From Octopus vulgaris (Eukaryota): a DNA stretch of 64,000 nucleotides. Under the pieces are notes generated by a model, which searched no databases, was not told where the DNA came from, and saw nothing but the letters and a program-made list of their open reading frames with translations. This document shows positions 39,891 through 54,175 of this stretch, piece by piece. The stretch covers positions 100,006,001 to 100,070,000 of the forward strand of contig OX597817.1 in assembly GCA_951406725.2 (NCBI GenBank), in the 5' to 3' direction. The translations under genes were made by a program, and so were the position numbers. Numbering within the stretch: the stretch's first letter is position 1; each line of letters opens with the position of its first letter.

Positions 39891-40814
39891 TGTAGTAGAT
39901 AACAGCTAGCCTTTGGCTGCATTTTGCACCCTGTTGTGTCCACTACTCTGATTGGTTGGTATTGGCGCAATTTGTCTGTTACTCTATTGTGCCAATATGC
40001 AGCGTATAACCAATCAAAGCCCCTAAATAAGGTCATGTGTGACAGCCTCTTCTCAACTCAGTTTTGAGCCTACAACTCCTTATAAAAACCCAGCTTCTCA
40101 TCTCGATGTCTTTCGGTTCCAGACCTTTTAAGGTCTAGCCACTGACCACACAAGACACAGCCACGTTGAGACTCACCCACTTCATCCAACAGCATTCAGC
40201 AACCTCCATCTCCGTCGCCACCATCATCCTAATGTCAACATCTCTACATACACAACTCAACAAGCAACTCACCCAGGTTCCAACACTCCAATGTTCGTGA
40301 ATTACTTTGCCAAGGACCAACAGCGAATATACAACCTGCGAGAACTCCTGTACCAAGTGATCAAGGCAGCAGCATCACAGCCTCAACTTCACATACGACA
40401 TGTACCACTCCGGCTCTGCATCATCACTGCAACTTCTTGATACAGTATTTCAACTATCGTGTACAATTGACTACAAACTGGTATTTATCATTCTTGCATC
40501 TATGAACTTACTCCTCACTTCGATGGCTATAGACTTTCACTGTCTCTTCTTCATTGCCATCCTTTTATGTTCTTAACATGCATACATCGTTCTTATGACA
40601 GCCTGTCTATTATTCTGTATATATGATGCACACACAATCACACATGTTAACCTATCAATAAATCTTCTCTTAAACATTCTACCCAGTTGTGTCTATTTTT
40701 TCCTTTTGGCACATATATGCATTATTCTATTTATATTTATTGTATTGACTGTGTGTTGTACTAAGGAGCCATTTTTGTCACCTCGCTTTGCACGGACGTT
40801 ATGAATTGGTGACC
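39891..40814 (+). mobile_element. Candidate LTR with PBS remnant
   Basis: Starts TGTAGTAG. CCAAT/ATTGG boxes at 39950-40015, TATAAAA at 40081, AATAAA at ~40657, followed by TGGTGACC (matches the 3' end of tRNA-Trp). Confidence 0.45.
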
Positions 40815-41311
40815 TGTTCCGGCTCCTTGAATGGGAGGAGATACTCCACAGGTATCATAAACCTTCCATTCCATTATAACAGCATTAGATGCACAATGAC
40901 TAAATAAAAATGAGATGGTAATGGCTGGATTGCTCTTGATCATCAGTCTACCAGTGTACCATAGAAAAAAAAAACTTGTAGCAATTCTTTAGAATTGTTA
41001 GGAATGCCAATAGTGACATCTGTGGTAGACTATTTCGTTACAATTATTTTTGTTTAAGATTGATTAATTACAGCATAGAAACAGTTAAAATACAATTGTT
41101 AATGTAATTTCAATAATTAAAAATACTGTTTTACCATCCTTCCAGAAGACTACGATTGCTAATAATTGTTTTTAACATTGCTTTCATAAGACATCTTGTG
41201 TATGAATCTTTTATTTTTGAAAAGTTCTGCTCTCATTTCTGTTTAACATATAACAGCTACACTTCTGACATAAAGGATACATTTTACTTGAAATACCTAA
41301 AATTATTACCT

Positions 41312-41640
41312 TTTACTTGTTTCAGTCATTAGATTGCAGCAATGATCGGGTGCTGCCTTGAAGATTTTTTAATCTAAAGAATTGACCACGGTACTTTTTT
41401 TTTAAGCCTGGCACTTATTCTATCAAACTCTTTTGCTGAACCACTAAGTTACAGAGAAATATAAACACCAACACCAGTTGTCAAGTGGTGATGGGAGACA
41501 AACACAAACTCAAAGGTGCACACACACACACATGATGGGCTTCTTTCAGTTTCCATCAACCAAATCCACTCACAAGTAAGAGCCACTTGCCCAAGGTGTC
41601 ACACAGTGAAACTAAAACTGAAACCACATGGTAGAAAAGC
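41312..41640 (-). mobile_element. tRNA-derived SINE (8790 family), decayed
   Basis: Homology to 31240-31595. Confidence 0.75.
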
Positions 41641-41727
41641 AATATTCTATGCATGCATCTTTATAATATATATTCTTTTCTTTTATTTGTTTCAGTCATT
41701 TAACAGCAGTCATGCTGGAGCACCACC

Positions 41728-41771
<44 letters not shown>

Positions 41772-42756
41772 GGTAAAATTTTATTTCACTAAACAATTTT
41801 CTATAGGAGGTCAGTTAGCACCATATCTAATAAAATGTTGAACTGAATGGCCTATAATATCTAAATATATTTTTTTAATTTAAAATCTACACTTCAACCA
41901 TGGCTATGGCTTTTGTGCAGAAGTTAGAAATCAATCATCTGCATGATTAATTTAAGAATATAAAGATGAAAATTGCAAATTAATTTTTTTTTAGCTTAAA
42001 ACAAAATAAGGAAAATACTTTATAAAAAATATTCAACTGAATATTACCACCATCATCATTTTTCCATGCTGGCATGGATTGGACAGGTCTATTTCAGCAA
42101 AGTATTGCCACTAATGGTTCTTTATCATCTCTTTTGTGAGAGTCAATATTCTGAAATCAGCCCTAACCACTGATGCCCATTTTATGTGTTGTCTGATACT
42201 TTTAATCCAACTATCATTCTTCATGTGTAGTACATATCTATATTTGCATACTACAGCTAATGCCTTCAATAACAACCTATTCATGCTTACCTATGTAGCA
42301 GAAATATTTGGCAGTCACAAACACCTAGGAATCAAAACTGGATTGCTAAGTTATTGGCACTTAGAACAGACATAGCACTAAGACAGATTACAGAGGCCAC
42401 ACAATAGAAAATAGACTGAGCCTCAAAAGAAAACATGAATGGAGTAGTAACACCACCAGGATTTGTGTTGGAGATCAGTGATGTCAGCAGTCAATCTGAT
42501 CTCTAACAGAAATCAATGTATTGGCACAAATGCAATTTGCCCAACTATTGATCATATCACCAAAGAAACTGAGCGCTTGGACATCTGATAAACCAGATAT
42601 GATTAGCAAGCAGTTTTTTGCACAGACAAACTATAAACAGAGCTTTTTCACCACTAGCAAGTAGTGGATCCTGTCATGCTGCTAGATACAACCACTCACC
42701 TTCTGGTCTCATTATTGCTGTGAATACATGTTCAGTCGTTTGTAGTAACAATAACA

Positions 42757-43905
42757 TCTCTTATTATAAAAGGCAGATTTTATCTGCCTCCCTTTGGGAG
42801 TTATACAAATCTACAATATAGGATTTCTTCAATTACAATTTACCTAGCATTTTTAAGAGTACAACGCATCGCGTCATGCCAGGTCCAGTTTTTAAAATTT
42901 AAACTCCAATTAAGCAAAATTTACAGAAAACTCACATTCTGGTGTGTGTGTCAAATGCTTTTCTTAGTCTGGTTTACAGCACACGCAAACGCACACACAC
43001 AGTGGGCAACGAATAAAGTGAAACTAGATGTAATATTTGTTTCTCTCTATCATGCTGATAGATACATGAGTAAAATGTATGGGAAGCTAACAGATAAGAG
43101 TGAGTGAAAATGTTCTTGGAAGAGAGTAAATTAGCGACAGTATGAAACAGTGTTTATGTATAAACAGACGACACTTATATAAACCCTTTCGTTACCAAAC
43201 CGCCCGAATTTACCTATTCATATTTAAATGAGAATATCAGAGTAAATCTCTTTAGTACATTCGTGAAAACACGTATTATACTTCGTAAACACTTCAAATA
43301 CAGTTTTGTACAAAAATCGAAGTGTAATTTTAATTCCGTGAATTATGGGAGATTTTTTTCCGAAATTTGTTCCTATTGTGTTTTCAAAATTTGTAATTCT
43401 GACAAAAAATGGATACGAATTTCATTATATCAAGCAGCGAGTCAGAATTCGAAGGATTTTCTACTGAAGACCTTCATAAATCTAACTCTATGACTGAAAA
43501 AAAAAAACCATCTTTATATAAGAGTGAAGTTGTGTGTCTGTCCCATTCGATTTAGATTCGTAACTACTCCCACATTTTGCGGTGCAGTTTAACCAAAACC
43601 GGGTATCTTATAGTCGTGATTCATATCGAGCCCTTGTGGGTATTAGCGCGCGTCTACGATGAGTCTACGATTTTAAAAAAATTTACCATCATATTTTTCC
43701 ATTTTAATGCATTTTTTTCGCTTTTATATAAGGGAAGTAACTCTCTAAAAATATCTACGATGTGTCAACGATTTAAAAAAAAATTTACCTTAATTTTTTT
43801 TCAATTTTTAATGCATTTTTTTGCTATTTTTTGGCTATAACTCTCTAAAAATGCTTATATAGTTATTTCCCTTACAACCCGAGCAACGCCGGGCGATACT
43901 GCTAG
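42757..43905 (+). mobile_element. Non-autonomous Helitron, composite (5' TC starts at 42757 and 43511)
   Basis: A|TCTCTTATTATAAAAG and A|TCTTTATATAAGAG 5' ends. 3' hairpin CCCGAGCAACGCCGGG, then CTAG|T at 43902-43906. Internal ~85-bp repeat. Confidence 0.85.
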
Positions 43906-44064
43906 TTTGTTAATAAAAGTAAATATTTTTACACTCATGTATTTGTTTCACAAGATTCTTGATGTGAAATTGTGTGTTGAGATAGATACTGTCACATTTG
44001 GGGATGGTAATATTTTTTGCCCATAAACACACACACTATTTATTTGATCTTCACTTTATTATTA

Positions 44065-44290
44065 AGACAGCGAGCTGGTAAAATCATTAGCATGCTGGGC
44101 AAAATGCTTAGCAGTATTTTGTCTGTCACTACATTCCGAGTTCAAATTCCACCAAGGTCAACTTTGCCTTTCATCCTTTCTGGGTCAATAAATTAAGTAC
44201 CAGTGAAACACTAGGGGTCGATGTGATCAACTAGTTCCCTCCCCACAAAGTTGAGGCCTTGTGTCTCCAGTAGAAAGGATTATTATTATA
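44065..44290 (+). mobile_element. tRNA-derived SINE with Meta-like central domain
   Basis: B-box GAGTTCAAATTC, central GCCTTTCATCCTTTCTGGGTCAATAAATTAAGTACCAG, (ATT)n tail. Confidence 0.75.
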
Positions 44291-45689
44291 TTATCATTAT
44301 TATTTATATTTGTCAGAGTTCTTTTGTCACACATTCTGTGACCTATTCAATGACTTTCTGTTCCTTATGTCCCCCCCTTCTCTCTTGTCCTGTCTATTCC
44401 AAGTTGTCCTTCTGTGGTATGTATCCCTATCTGCACGTGTGTTTACATCTGTATTGGTGTGTGTCTATGTGTATGCATGCATATGGGTTTGTATATTACA
44501 GTTTGTTCCCATGACATTTTTTTCTTATTCTGTCTTTAGTAGTCAGCTTGTGGAATGTGGCATAGTGAGGGTTGGCGGTGTTACTACTCCATGTTTTCTT
44601 TTGAGGCTCAGTCCATTGTCTATTGTGTGGCCTCTGTAATCTGTCTTAGTAATGTGTCTGTTCTAAGTGCCAATAAGATCCTAACATCTATGTTATTTAC
44701 CGAGCCTTCATGTTCTAGTTTAGCACTGATGAGCTTTTTCCTCAAATTCTTGCCAGTGTTCACTTATCGTCTCATCTATGCTATAGGCTGTTTCTCCAAT
44801 GTATGTTGTTCTGTTTCTGTACACCTATAGATTGCATTCCAAATTTTGCAGTTTATTTTTCATTTAAAATCTCAAGATGTTAAACAGTGATGGTGATGAT
44901 GAACAAGTGATAACACCTCATTTCCTTCTAGATTTCATATACTGTCCATATTCAAAACCCATATCTCACTACCTTACATCATACCTCTGTTTGCAATAAA
45001 GGGAAAAATGGTACAGCTCCTGGAATTCTTTCCATCACATCATTGTATCTGCTGTGCTTTCACAATACCTGCCTCCACTACTAATTAGGTCACCTAGATA
45101 AACTGCCAACTACTACTTGCAAGTCTATTGGATTGTTGATAAATTTTATTTCTTGTCAAATATTGCAGGTAAATCTATTAATTGACTGTAAGTAAAGATA
45201 AATGACCAAGTGGATATAGAATCAAATTAAATGTAGGTAATTCATTATACCTCTATAACAACCCAACTTTCTCAGAAGCCATTATCATCAATGGTTTCAA
45301 TGCATAAAGCTTTACTGGGCCCCTTCTATACCAGTGACAGAAAGGACGACTCATTTGCTATGTTTGATTGTCCAAAATAGTTAATCATCCCCTACCTGTA
45401 ACCCTGTTCAACAGACTGGTTCTCCAAACACTCTTAACCTTTCTCACCGCCAAATACACTGGAGTCACCCATTACAATGTTATCAAAGAGTCAGACCTTA
45501 CAGCTTTCCATTACACAAAACTTCCAACTTCTAACTGTCCTGGTACTTCAAGCAGATGAGGAAGTCTATGTGACTGTTGAACATGCTAGAAATGGTAGAC
45601 AAATCTCTGTTCAACTTCACTCAACCATCCTAAAGAGGGATGCAGATATTGGATAATACAGTCCTAGATATAATACACTGTCAGTTACA

Positions 45690-45980
45690 ACAAGGGTTCC
45701 AGTTGATCTAATCAACACAACAGCCACATGAAATTAACATGCATGTAGCTGAGCACTCCATAGACACGTGTACCCTTAATGTAGTTCTCAGGGAGATTCA
45801 GTGTGATGCAGAGTGTAACAAAGCTGGTGACAATACAGATACTACTCATTTTTGCCAGCTGAGTGGACTGGAGCAACATGAAATGAAGTGTCTTGCTCAA
45901 GGACACAACACATTGCTGAGAATTGACCTTGTGACCTGAAAATTGTGAGCCAAATACCCTAACCACTAAGCCATGTGCTT
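45690..45980 (-). mobile_element. tRNA-derived SINE
   Basis: Minus-strand head CATGGCTTAGTGGTTAGGG..TGTGTCCTTGAGCAAGACACTT. Body homologous to 12280-12560. Confidence 0.75.
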
Positions 45981-47029
45981 TCACAGTCCTAGATAGAACA
46001 TTCAAGAAAAGATGGGATGATAATACTCTCTGGAATACTGCTCTAACAAAATTAAGCAAAAGCAAATAAACACGCCACCAAAATACTCATACATATTCAA
46101 ATAAAACAAAGCACCAAAAACTCATACAAACTTCAAATTACAGGAAAAACTGGAAATACTGCCTTTTCAAGCCCACATATCCATATAAAATACAACCACT
46201 ATTAGCAAATAAACAAAAAAAATTCAAACTAAAGAACACTAAAAAAAAAAAAAAAAAGAAACATGGGTTTAAAATACATCAAATTCTCATAACATAAAAA
46301 ATAATCCTACAATCCCAAACCAGTGAGAGTCTTTACATGGTTGTAAGAAATAACCTTCAAGTTCTCTCAAATCACACCCTACTATCTAAAGAAAGGACAC
46401 ATTAAACATTGTAGTCCTAAGTATACAAAAAGATGGACAGTTACAACTGGAATGCTTTGATCATAGACCTGTTCAATGAAGGTTGACTTGGTGTTTAACA
46501 ACAACCTTAAATTCCAAAATAAAATCATAAATTCAGTACACATATATACCATAAACAGCACTTGAACACTAATAGACCATAACAAGATAACCAGCAACAG
46601 AAACATTAAAATGAATTAATAAACATATACATCTCACCACTTATTGTCTCAATAAGTTACATACCCCAATTACCATCATCGCAAATGATTTCAAGGCACA
46701 CATAACATTCTGATGAACACCAAGCACCTAGAAACTCAACTCCAAAACAAAACTTAGTACTTGCCAAATCCCCCATTTCCATCTTAGTCAACTATACCAA
46801 AAAGTATGAAAAACAACTAACCACCCATATGCAAAACAAGACAAGGCATGGATGTGTAGTAAGAAGTTTGATTTCCAACAACATGATTCCAAGTTCAGTC
46901 CCACTGTATGACATCTTGAGCACGTGTCTTCTATTAAAGCCTTAGGCTGACTAAGGCCTTGTGAGTGGATTTGGCAGACAGAAACTGAAAGAACCCCAAC
47001 GTGAATATGTATATCTAGCTATTTTTTGG

Positions 47030-50000
47030 AGAAAGTAGCATAAGTTGCATTGTTTAAATCAGCTGTTTTATCTATTTTTTCAACAATTTCAATAAAATTT
47101 TTATTTTTGTAAGTTTTTCCATGTGCTTTTGAAGACAGCATTTGCATTTCAATCATCTGTAGTGGCATTGATATTTGAAAAGTATCATATAACCATTCCA
47201 TTGGTTCTTCCATTCTCTTGGGTTCGCTTTCAGTGAATCTTTTTTCAGTTGGTTCATGTGTCTCTTGTAGACACCTTTTGTACGTTTTACCAAATATAGC
47301 ATTTTTCCTATGCATTTGATAATCATACCATCTTCCCATCTCTGTTTTCCCTTCTTATATGCCTTCACAAATACCTTTTTACCAATTCTGAAAAATCTTG
47401 CTGTATTTTCCATTGCAATTTTTCTTTTCTTGCCATGTAGCAATTCGTCAAAGACTGATTTTACTTCCCTCACAAACAGCAGCTCCACTGGTAACATACC
47501 TGCTGGTGTATTTGGATTTGGTGTCACCCAGTATACTCTTAAGAATTGTTGTAGAGCTACCTCAACTGTGACTTTCTTAGGACTCTCTTGAATGCATTGA
47601 CAAAGCGTTCTGCCTGGCACTGTAGTTACATGTTCTACAGCAAACATTTTACAGAACTTTTTAAATTCAAAAGACACTAATTGTGTGTCTGGGATGCCAA
47701 ATCTCGCAAACAGCTCATGTAAAAAATTTGTCACAGTTGAGGAAGTTGATTTTTTACACTTAGAAATTTCCGGTCATTTAGAGAAACTATCAACTACCAC
47801 TAAGTAGTAAGAACCATTTAAAGGATCAGTGAAATTGATGTGTAGTCTTGACCATGGAACATCTACTTTTGGCCAAGGTTCACTTTTTATCAAGGGTAAT
47901 TTTGCTGCTAGAGCACATCCTCTACAACCATTCACTAAATTTTTGAATTCCCTATCCATTTTAGGCCAGCAGATGTAGCTACACATTAAAGCTTTCATCC
48001 ACGAAATACCAGGATGTACAATATGAAATTCCCACATTTTTTTTTGTAGTGTTTCAGGTATCACTACTTCCTGTGCATACATCAGTACACCATCACAAAT
48101 TGAGTATAGGTTCATGTCTTGGTTTCATTTCACACCAATCCTGTTCCTATTTACTTTTCCTGACCACAATATTCTTTTCATTTCTGTTATGAATTTGTCC
48201 CTTACCACATTCTAGAAGACATAAGTCTTCTAGGGTTACCGGTAATTTGCATACCACATTCCACTTTTATTTCTCCTTCAGCTCTTAAAGCTGTGATTAC
48301 TATATCTTCAAATGGCTTGCAGTGTTTCAGTATCAGTCTGGACAAACCATCCACATGCCCTAGTTTTTTTGACAGTATATATTTCATTTTGTAGTCATGA
48401 TTCAATAATGTAGTGCCCTATTGCTGTGTGTGATGGCTTTCCTTTTTTAGAACCGTATATTGACAGTAGTGGGTGATGATCAGTTTGTAGACAGAAACTT
48501 CTATGAATACATTTATGGAATTTTTTCAAACTGAATATGATTGCTAATGCTTTCTTTTCTATCTAACTATAGTTCCTTTCATCTGTTAATAATGATTGTG
48601 GCGCATGGGCTAAAGCCTTTTTTAACTCTCATTGTCATATTTGTACAGAAGTAGAGCTCTTATACCGTAATCACTTGTATCTGTAGCCAGTGTAACATCC
48701 AATTTTGGATCAAAATGCATTAATGAAAAGTCCAATGTTAAAATGCTTTTTAACTTGTCAAATGTCTTCTGGCACATCAGTCCAACACCATTTTGTATTT
48801 TTCTTAAATAGATCATTGAGTGGGGCCCTTATATTATATATATTGGGAATGTAAATTTGATAATAAATTACTAAACCCAAGAATGCTTGTAACATAGTCA
48901 CATTATTCAATGTGGGCATTTTTTTTTTTTATCACAGTTGCTCTGGATGGATCTGGTGTCCATCCATTTTTATCTATTTTCAGAAAAAATCTCACGTTTT
49001 TCTTTCGTTAACTTGCACCCATATTCTCTAATCATCTCAAATACCCTTTTAATGTGTTCAACATGTTGTTCATGTGATTCACTTTTTATTAGAATATCGT
49101 CTAAATAGGTGATAGCAAAATCAGTCACCCAACATTGTATCCATTATTTGTTGAAATATGGAAGGAGCCACTTTTACACCAAAGGGAAGCCACTTAAATT
49201 TAAATAAGCCACAGTGTGTATTGATGGTTAATAAACGTGAGCATTTTTCTACTTGGATTTGTAGATATACCTCTGAGAGGTCTAATTTTGAGAAGAATTT
49301 CCTTCCATTCAATTTTGCCAAAACTTCCTCAGGACTTGGTAATAGGTAGTTAAGTGAGATTAAGCAATCACTGAAAAATCTGCACAAACTCTTATCTTGT
49401 CATTTTTCTTTTTATGTAGACTGTAGGTGCTGCCCAGTCTGAGTGGTATGTCTTCTTGATTATTCCTAGGCTTCCAAGTTCTTTGTTTACCTGGTCTATT
49501 TCCGTGAACAGTACATTCCATTTTGGCTTAAATACAGGTGTTGCACTTTGTTTTACTGCAGTTTTTGCCTTTGTTCCATGCAACAACCCAGTTCCTCTGA
49601 CAAAACATCTGGAAATAAATTTTTTTTATTATAAATAAATGTTTTATTCGAACCTTTGACTGAACCGACTATATTCCCACACAAAACACTTATGGGCATA
49701 TTCCACAATTTGAACAATTCCATCCACTGTGTGCTGAATTAACTGAATTTTTAATACATATATTTTCACCATTTTCATTTGGTCATGAAATGTTAAATTA
49801 CACACAAATGCACTGACAAAATACAATCTTTTGCCCATAACACCATATGCGACTTTTGCAGATTTAACTAATTTTGGCTTACCAACATATTTCCAAGTTT
49901 TTTCATTTACAATGGTAATATCACTTCCAGTGTCTAACTGCATTTTTACTCTTTTCTCTTCAAATTTGACATTTAAGAATTTCCTCCTTGTTGCAGTATC

Positions 50001-51107
50001 ATTTTCTTTTGACGACATCTTGTTAAGTCTTTTTCTTTGTTCCGTTTTGTCATCTTGGTTTTACAGTGTGCTTTTATATGCCCAATTTTTCCACAACAGA
50101 AACATTCTGCTTTCTTATATGAACAGTTTTTCCTCAGGTATAGACCTCTGCATGCAAAACATGGGTTTTTTTCCTCATAGTACACACTTGATTTCTATTC
50201 TGCCTATTTCACACTTGTTTCCCTTGGGAGCAATCTTTATGTTCAATTTTCTATGTGTCATGTCTTAAATTTACTATTCTTTCACACTCTTCTGACATTT
50301 ATTATAGAGTCACAGCTTGATTTTGTTCTAGCTTAGTGAGAATGCTTGTTCTGACTTCTGTGTGTCTCTGCAGTTAGTCTCTGAGTAAATATCAGGCACT
50401 TGAACATACCTGGCATTAGTTTGTGAGCTTGAAATTTGCACATTCTCTTAACTCTACTAACATGTGATGTAGTCCTCATTTTTTCTAGGTTCAAACATTT
50501 CTAATGTGTATTGAACAATGAGCTTTTCTCACTAAAAATTTTACACAATATGCCTATTCTGTCTAAAGTCTAGATCAGAAGGTTTCTTCTAGAGTACATA
50601 ATTGCTGTAATGCTCGTGTTCTCCTGCTGCCAGTTTTCTTACGATTAAACACCTTTTCATCTTGTTGTCCCAATTTATCATGTTCACAACATAATCTGGC
50701 AAGAATAGTTTTTCAGCATTTCCTAACGACTTACTCTACATTAATTGCAGTACATTAATTACTGTTGTCGTTGTTTCTGCTGTTGTTGCAACTCAAGCAA
50801 ACCAGCCAACAAATTTTCCATAATTTTATGGACTTTTTTCATACAATTCGCACAAAAGACTATTGTGAGTTTCATAACTCCTTGTGAGTTTAATTCCTCA
50901 TCACCACTACTGCAATCCTTAATGTCGAATTTTATAATGCCCACTTCGGTATAGCAGTATAGTTGTTAGACCAGTAAAAACACACCTATCTGAGAATGTC
51001 TACTTTGTACTCTCTCTCTATACTGACTGACATCAACTTATTTATAGCAAGTAGCATATACCAATTGTCATGTAGGACAGGTGCACCATTATTACTATTA
51101 TTCCCAC
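47030..51107 (-). mobile_element. Degenerate Ty3/Gypsy LTR retrotransposon (gag-PR-RT-RH-IN)
   Basis: Zn knuckle CFCCGKIGHIKAHC, protease LDTGSDITIV, RT FSKLDLSEVYLQI / LPFGVKVAPSIFQ / YLDD, RNase H LATDTSDYGI, integrase HPGI..CRGC, PWSRLH, LFARFGIPD. Possible 5' LTR ~50964-51107 (TG..CA, TATAAATA). Confidence 0.92.
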
Positions 51108-51136
51108 AATACCTTTATAAATGGAAGAAATACGAA

Positions 51137-51730
51137 ATACATAACATTCAGTTGGTTTTGTAAACAAACAAAAAATTGTCCATGCTGTGGGTAGGATGTG
51201 GTTATCACCTTTACATCAGCTCCAGTGATGTTCAAAGGATGGCAAATTTCAAGTTTGATGTAGGAAATATTTTAGATGAGAACACTGACTGAATACTTCT
51301 ATCCTAGAGTGTGAAAAGGTCTATAGGTCAAGTGAGGTTTTTAGGATTCTTACCCCACTATGCCAAGCAAAGCTTGTATCATTTGCTCACATTTATGTAA
51401 GTCCCTGGTTGTTCAAGGAGCTTCTATTTAATTATATTCAGCATAATTAAATGAGAGCTCTTTGAACTGGGAGATTTGCTTGGCAAAGAGGGCAAGAATC
51501 CTAAAAACCTCAATTGACCTAGAGACCTTTTTAAACTCCAGCAAAGATGGATTTAGTAAATGCCCACATCTAAAATATTTCCGACTTCAGACATGGAATT
51601 CCCCCTTCATTGAATAGTCCTCCACAGTTCCTTTGAATATCACCACAGCCATGGCTGATGTAATACTCCTTTCTTTCCACAGCACAGTCAATTATTTGTT
51701 GTTTACAAAACCAACTGACAGTTATGTATT
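51137..51730. repeat. ~600-bp imperfect fold-back palindrome
   Basis: 51137-51371 pairs with 51474-51730. Inner stem GTTCAAGGAGCTTCTATTTAATTAT / ATAATTAAATGAGAGCTCTTTGAAC with a ~7-nt loop near 51438. Confidence 0.85.
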
Positions 51731-51927
51731 TTTTCCTCCAGTTCTGGAAAGGTTACGCACATTCAGCCATTATAGTCTGACAAATCACCTATACTGCTAA
51801 GCGCTTTACAGGTGCAAGACCGAAGGTCACTCTATGAATGGCCATAGCATTTAATTTCCTAAAAACATGTATAACCGCTCTCATGCTCTAGAGTAAGCAC
51901 CTTTTTCACATTTAAGAACTACTGATG

Positions 51928-52238
51928 ATTACATACATATATAAACATATACACATACATACACACACAAATACATACATACACATACACGTATATACAT
52001 ACACATGTATATACATACACATATATACATACATATATACACATATATACATAGACATATATATACAGACATATATATACACATACATACATACACATAT
52101 ACACACATACACACACATATACACACACATATACACACATATATACATATACACATATACACACATATATACATATACACATATACATGCATACACATAT
52201 ATATACATGCACATATAAATACATACACATAAATACAC
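51928..52238. repeat. Compound (TACA)n/(TA)n/(CA)n microsatellite
   Basis: Direct observation. Confidence 0.95.
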
Positions 52239-53875
52239 AGGCTTCTTTGTCTGCTTTCTGCCTCACATAGGATTGTTGCAGCCTTTTTCAATCTCCATCA
52301 GTGTTGTTTTTAGATGGGACTTTTCGCTATTTTGGAGATGTTGGTTGAGTCGATTTGCAACCTTTGTCCGTCGTCTCATGAGGATCTTCCTTTCCCTTGG
52401 AATCTTGCTCCTATTTGTTTTGGCCTTGTGCTCTTGGACATATTTCTGGCATATGGCATGAACAACAGACATGAAACATTCTGTTTCATGTCAATGTCTG
52501 GTGTGGAGAGACATTTCAGCCAGTCCTCAATGAGGATCTCTTTTTGGATCGATTTCCAGTCTGCTTTGTGGAAGTTCAGATTAAAGAGATTTCAGGTGCT
52601 TCCTTTAGGCTGTATGTCTCTGGTTACTTTCGGCCCAAACATCGACAGCTCTATTATGCTGTGATCTGAGAATAATGTCGGCATCACTTTCACATCATGA
52701 ATGATGTCCATATTGTTCGTGAAGCAGAGATCTTGAATGTTTGAAGCTCCAGTGTGTTTGCGCTTGTTTTTATGTCAGACAGGGTATGGGGAGCATTGGT
52801 GTCTATAGTTGGGGTAGAGTGGGAGTGGGCTGGGTGGGTATGGCTTGGGAATCATCCTTTACCATGTGTGTCCTCTTTCGCCTTTTCCTTTTCTTTTTTT
52901 TCCACCATTTCCCAGCTGGTATTCGCCTCCTCTTACTCGATGCTGGTACTTGTTTTCGTCTGTGGTGCCACATCAGTTTCCTTTTCCTCAACCTCCACGG
53001 GCAGTGGAGTACCAACTACTTTTTCACTCTCTGTAGGTCAGCCTTTCTTCCACTCTCACTTTCAGTGTTGCCTCTCTGACTGTGATGGTCTCGACCATCT
53101 TTTCAATGTCTTCCTCTGCAACTTGCACCACCATATCAATGCTTTGTCCTTGCCAGTTCCTGTGGGGTGTTCTGGTGGCCTGGAGGACCACCATCCTCTT
53201 CTCCATGCCTAGCAGTATGAGAGCCACCAGCCAGGCTACATCTACCTCTGTGGATATTTCCTCCACCCTAACCCTGGAAGCATGTCTCCCAAGGTATACG
53301 GGTAGAAGTACCACTTCATCTGTTCTCAGTGGTTTATCTGAGTGCAACCTGGCGGTAGCCACCTCCACCGTTCCAAACGTTTTTCCTCTGGCAAAGTAGG
53401 AAATCCCTTGCCAGATTGGTCTACCGTCGACCTAACTTCAATTCTCTTTGCTGCTACAGAGTATGTCCTGTAAATTGTCTCCCCCCCTTCTCCTCTAAAA
53501 GTTCATTGTGGGGAAACACTTTCACTTCGTTCCCCTCCATTTTTAAACATGTTTTTAAATTTACTCAAATCCTCCAGACACACGTCTTCACTCCTCTTCT
53601 GCTGCTGCAGCACAAGTTCTTGGTTCCTTTTTGTCGTCTATTCTTTTTGAACGCTCAACCATCTCCACCTCAGACAACACAAAGACCGAAGAAGGGCAGT
53701 TTACAAAGTCTGAACAATTTAGGCCTTCACAGCTCCTCACCCGACGCCCCTTCATTAAACAGGAGGAAAAACGTCGTGCCGCCAAGACAACCAAAAAAAC
53801 ACGTGTTATACACAAAGACCGCAATCGAACTAAACAAAACGCTATACCAGAAGCAAGCTTCTTACCACACATCCA
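52239..53875 (-). mobile_element. 5' portion of a LINE (5'UTR, ORF1, partial ORF2)
   Basis: ORF1-like 53024-53368 and basic tail 52803-53015. ORF2 remnant around 52260-52740 (SDH motif at the end of the APE domain, LNFHKADW), related to the LINE at 11.6 kb. Confidence 0.6.
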
Positions 53876-54175
53876 AGCCTGCTTGCTTGCATGCATGCAT
53901 GCATACATACATGAATGCATGCATGCATACATACATAAACATAAACGATTCGTGAAAACAAATGTATGTGTATTTACGTGTCTGTATATATATGTGTGTG
54001 TGTGAGTGAGTGTGTATTTGACTGTCCAGCTCACTCACGGAAAATGAAAGGCAAATATCGACATAGCACGTGAAAAAACAATCAACGCATTTTTTTTTAC
54101 GGAAATTGCCGAACAGATAAAACAGTTGATTTGATCCATAACACTTATGCTACTTATTCCGAAAGATTGCCTATA

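Noticed and set aside
39432-39902. 156-aa ORF (also 1467-1904 and 23240-23632)
   Set aside because: No recognisable domain or splice support; such ORFs are expected by chance.
51912-52291. Several overlapping Tyr/Cys/His-rich ORFs (also at 3108-3637, 30198-30715, 54265-54896)
   Set aside because: They are translations of (TA)n/(CA)n microsatellites.
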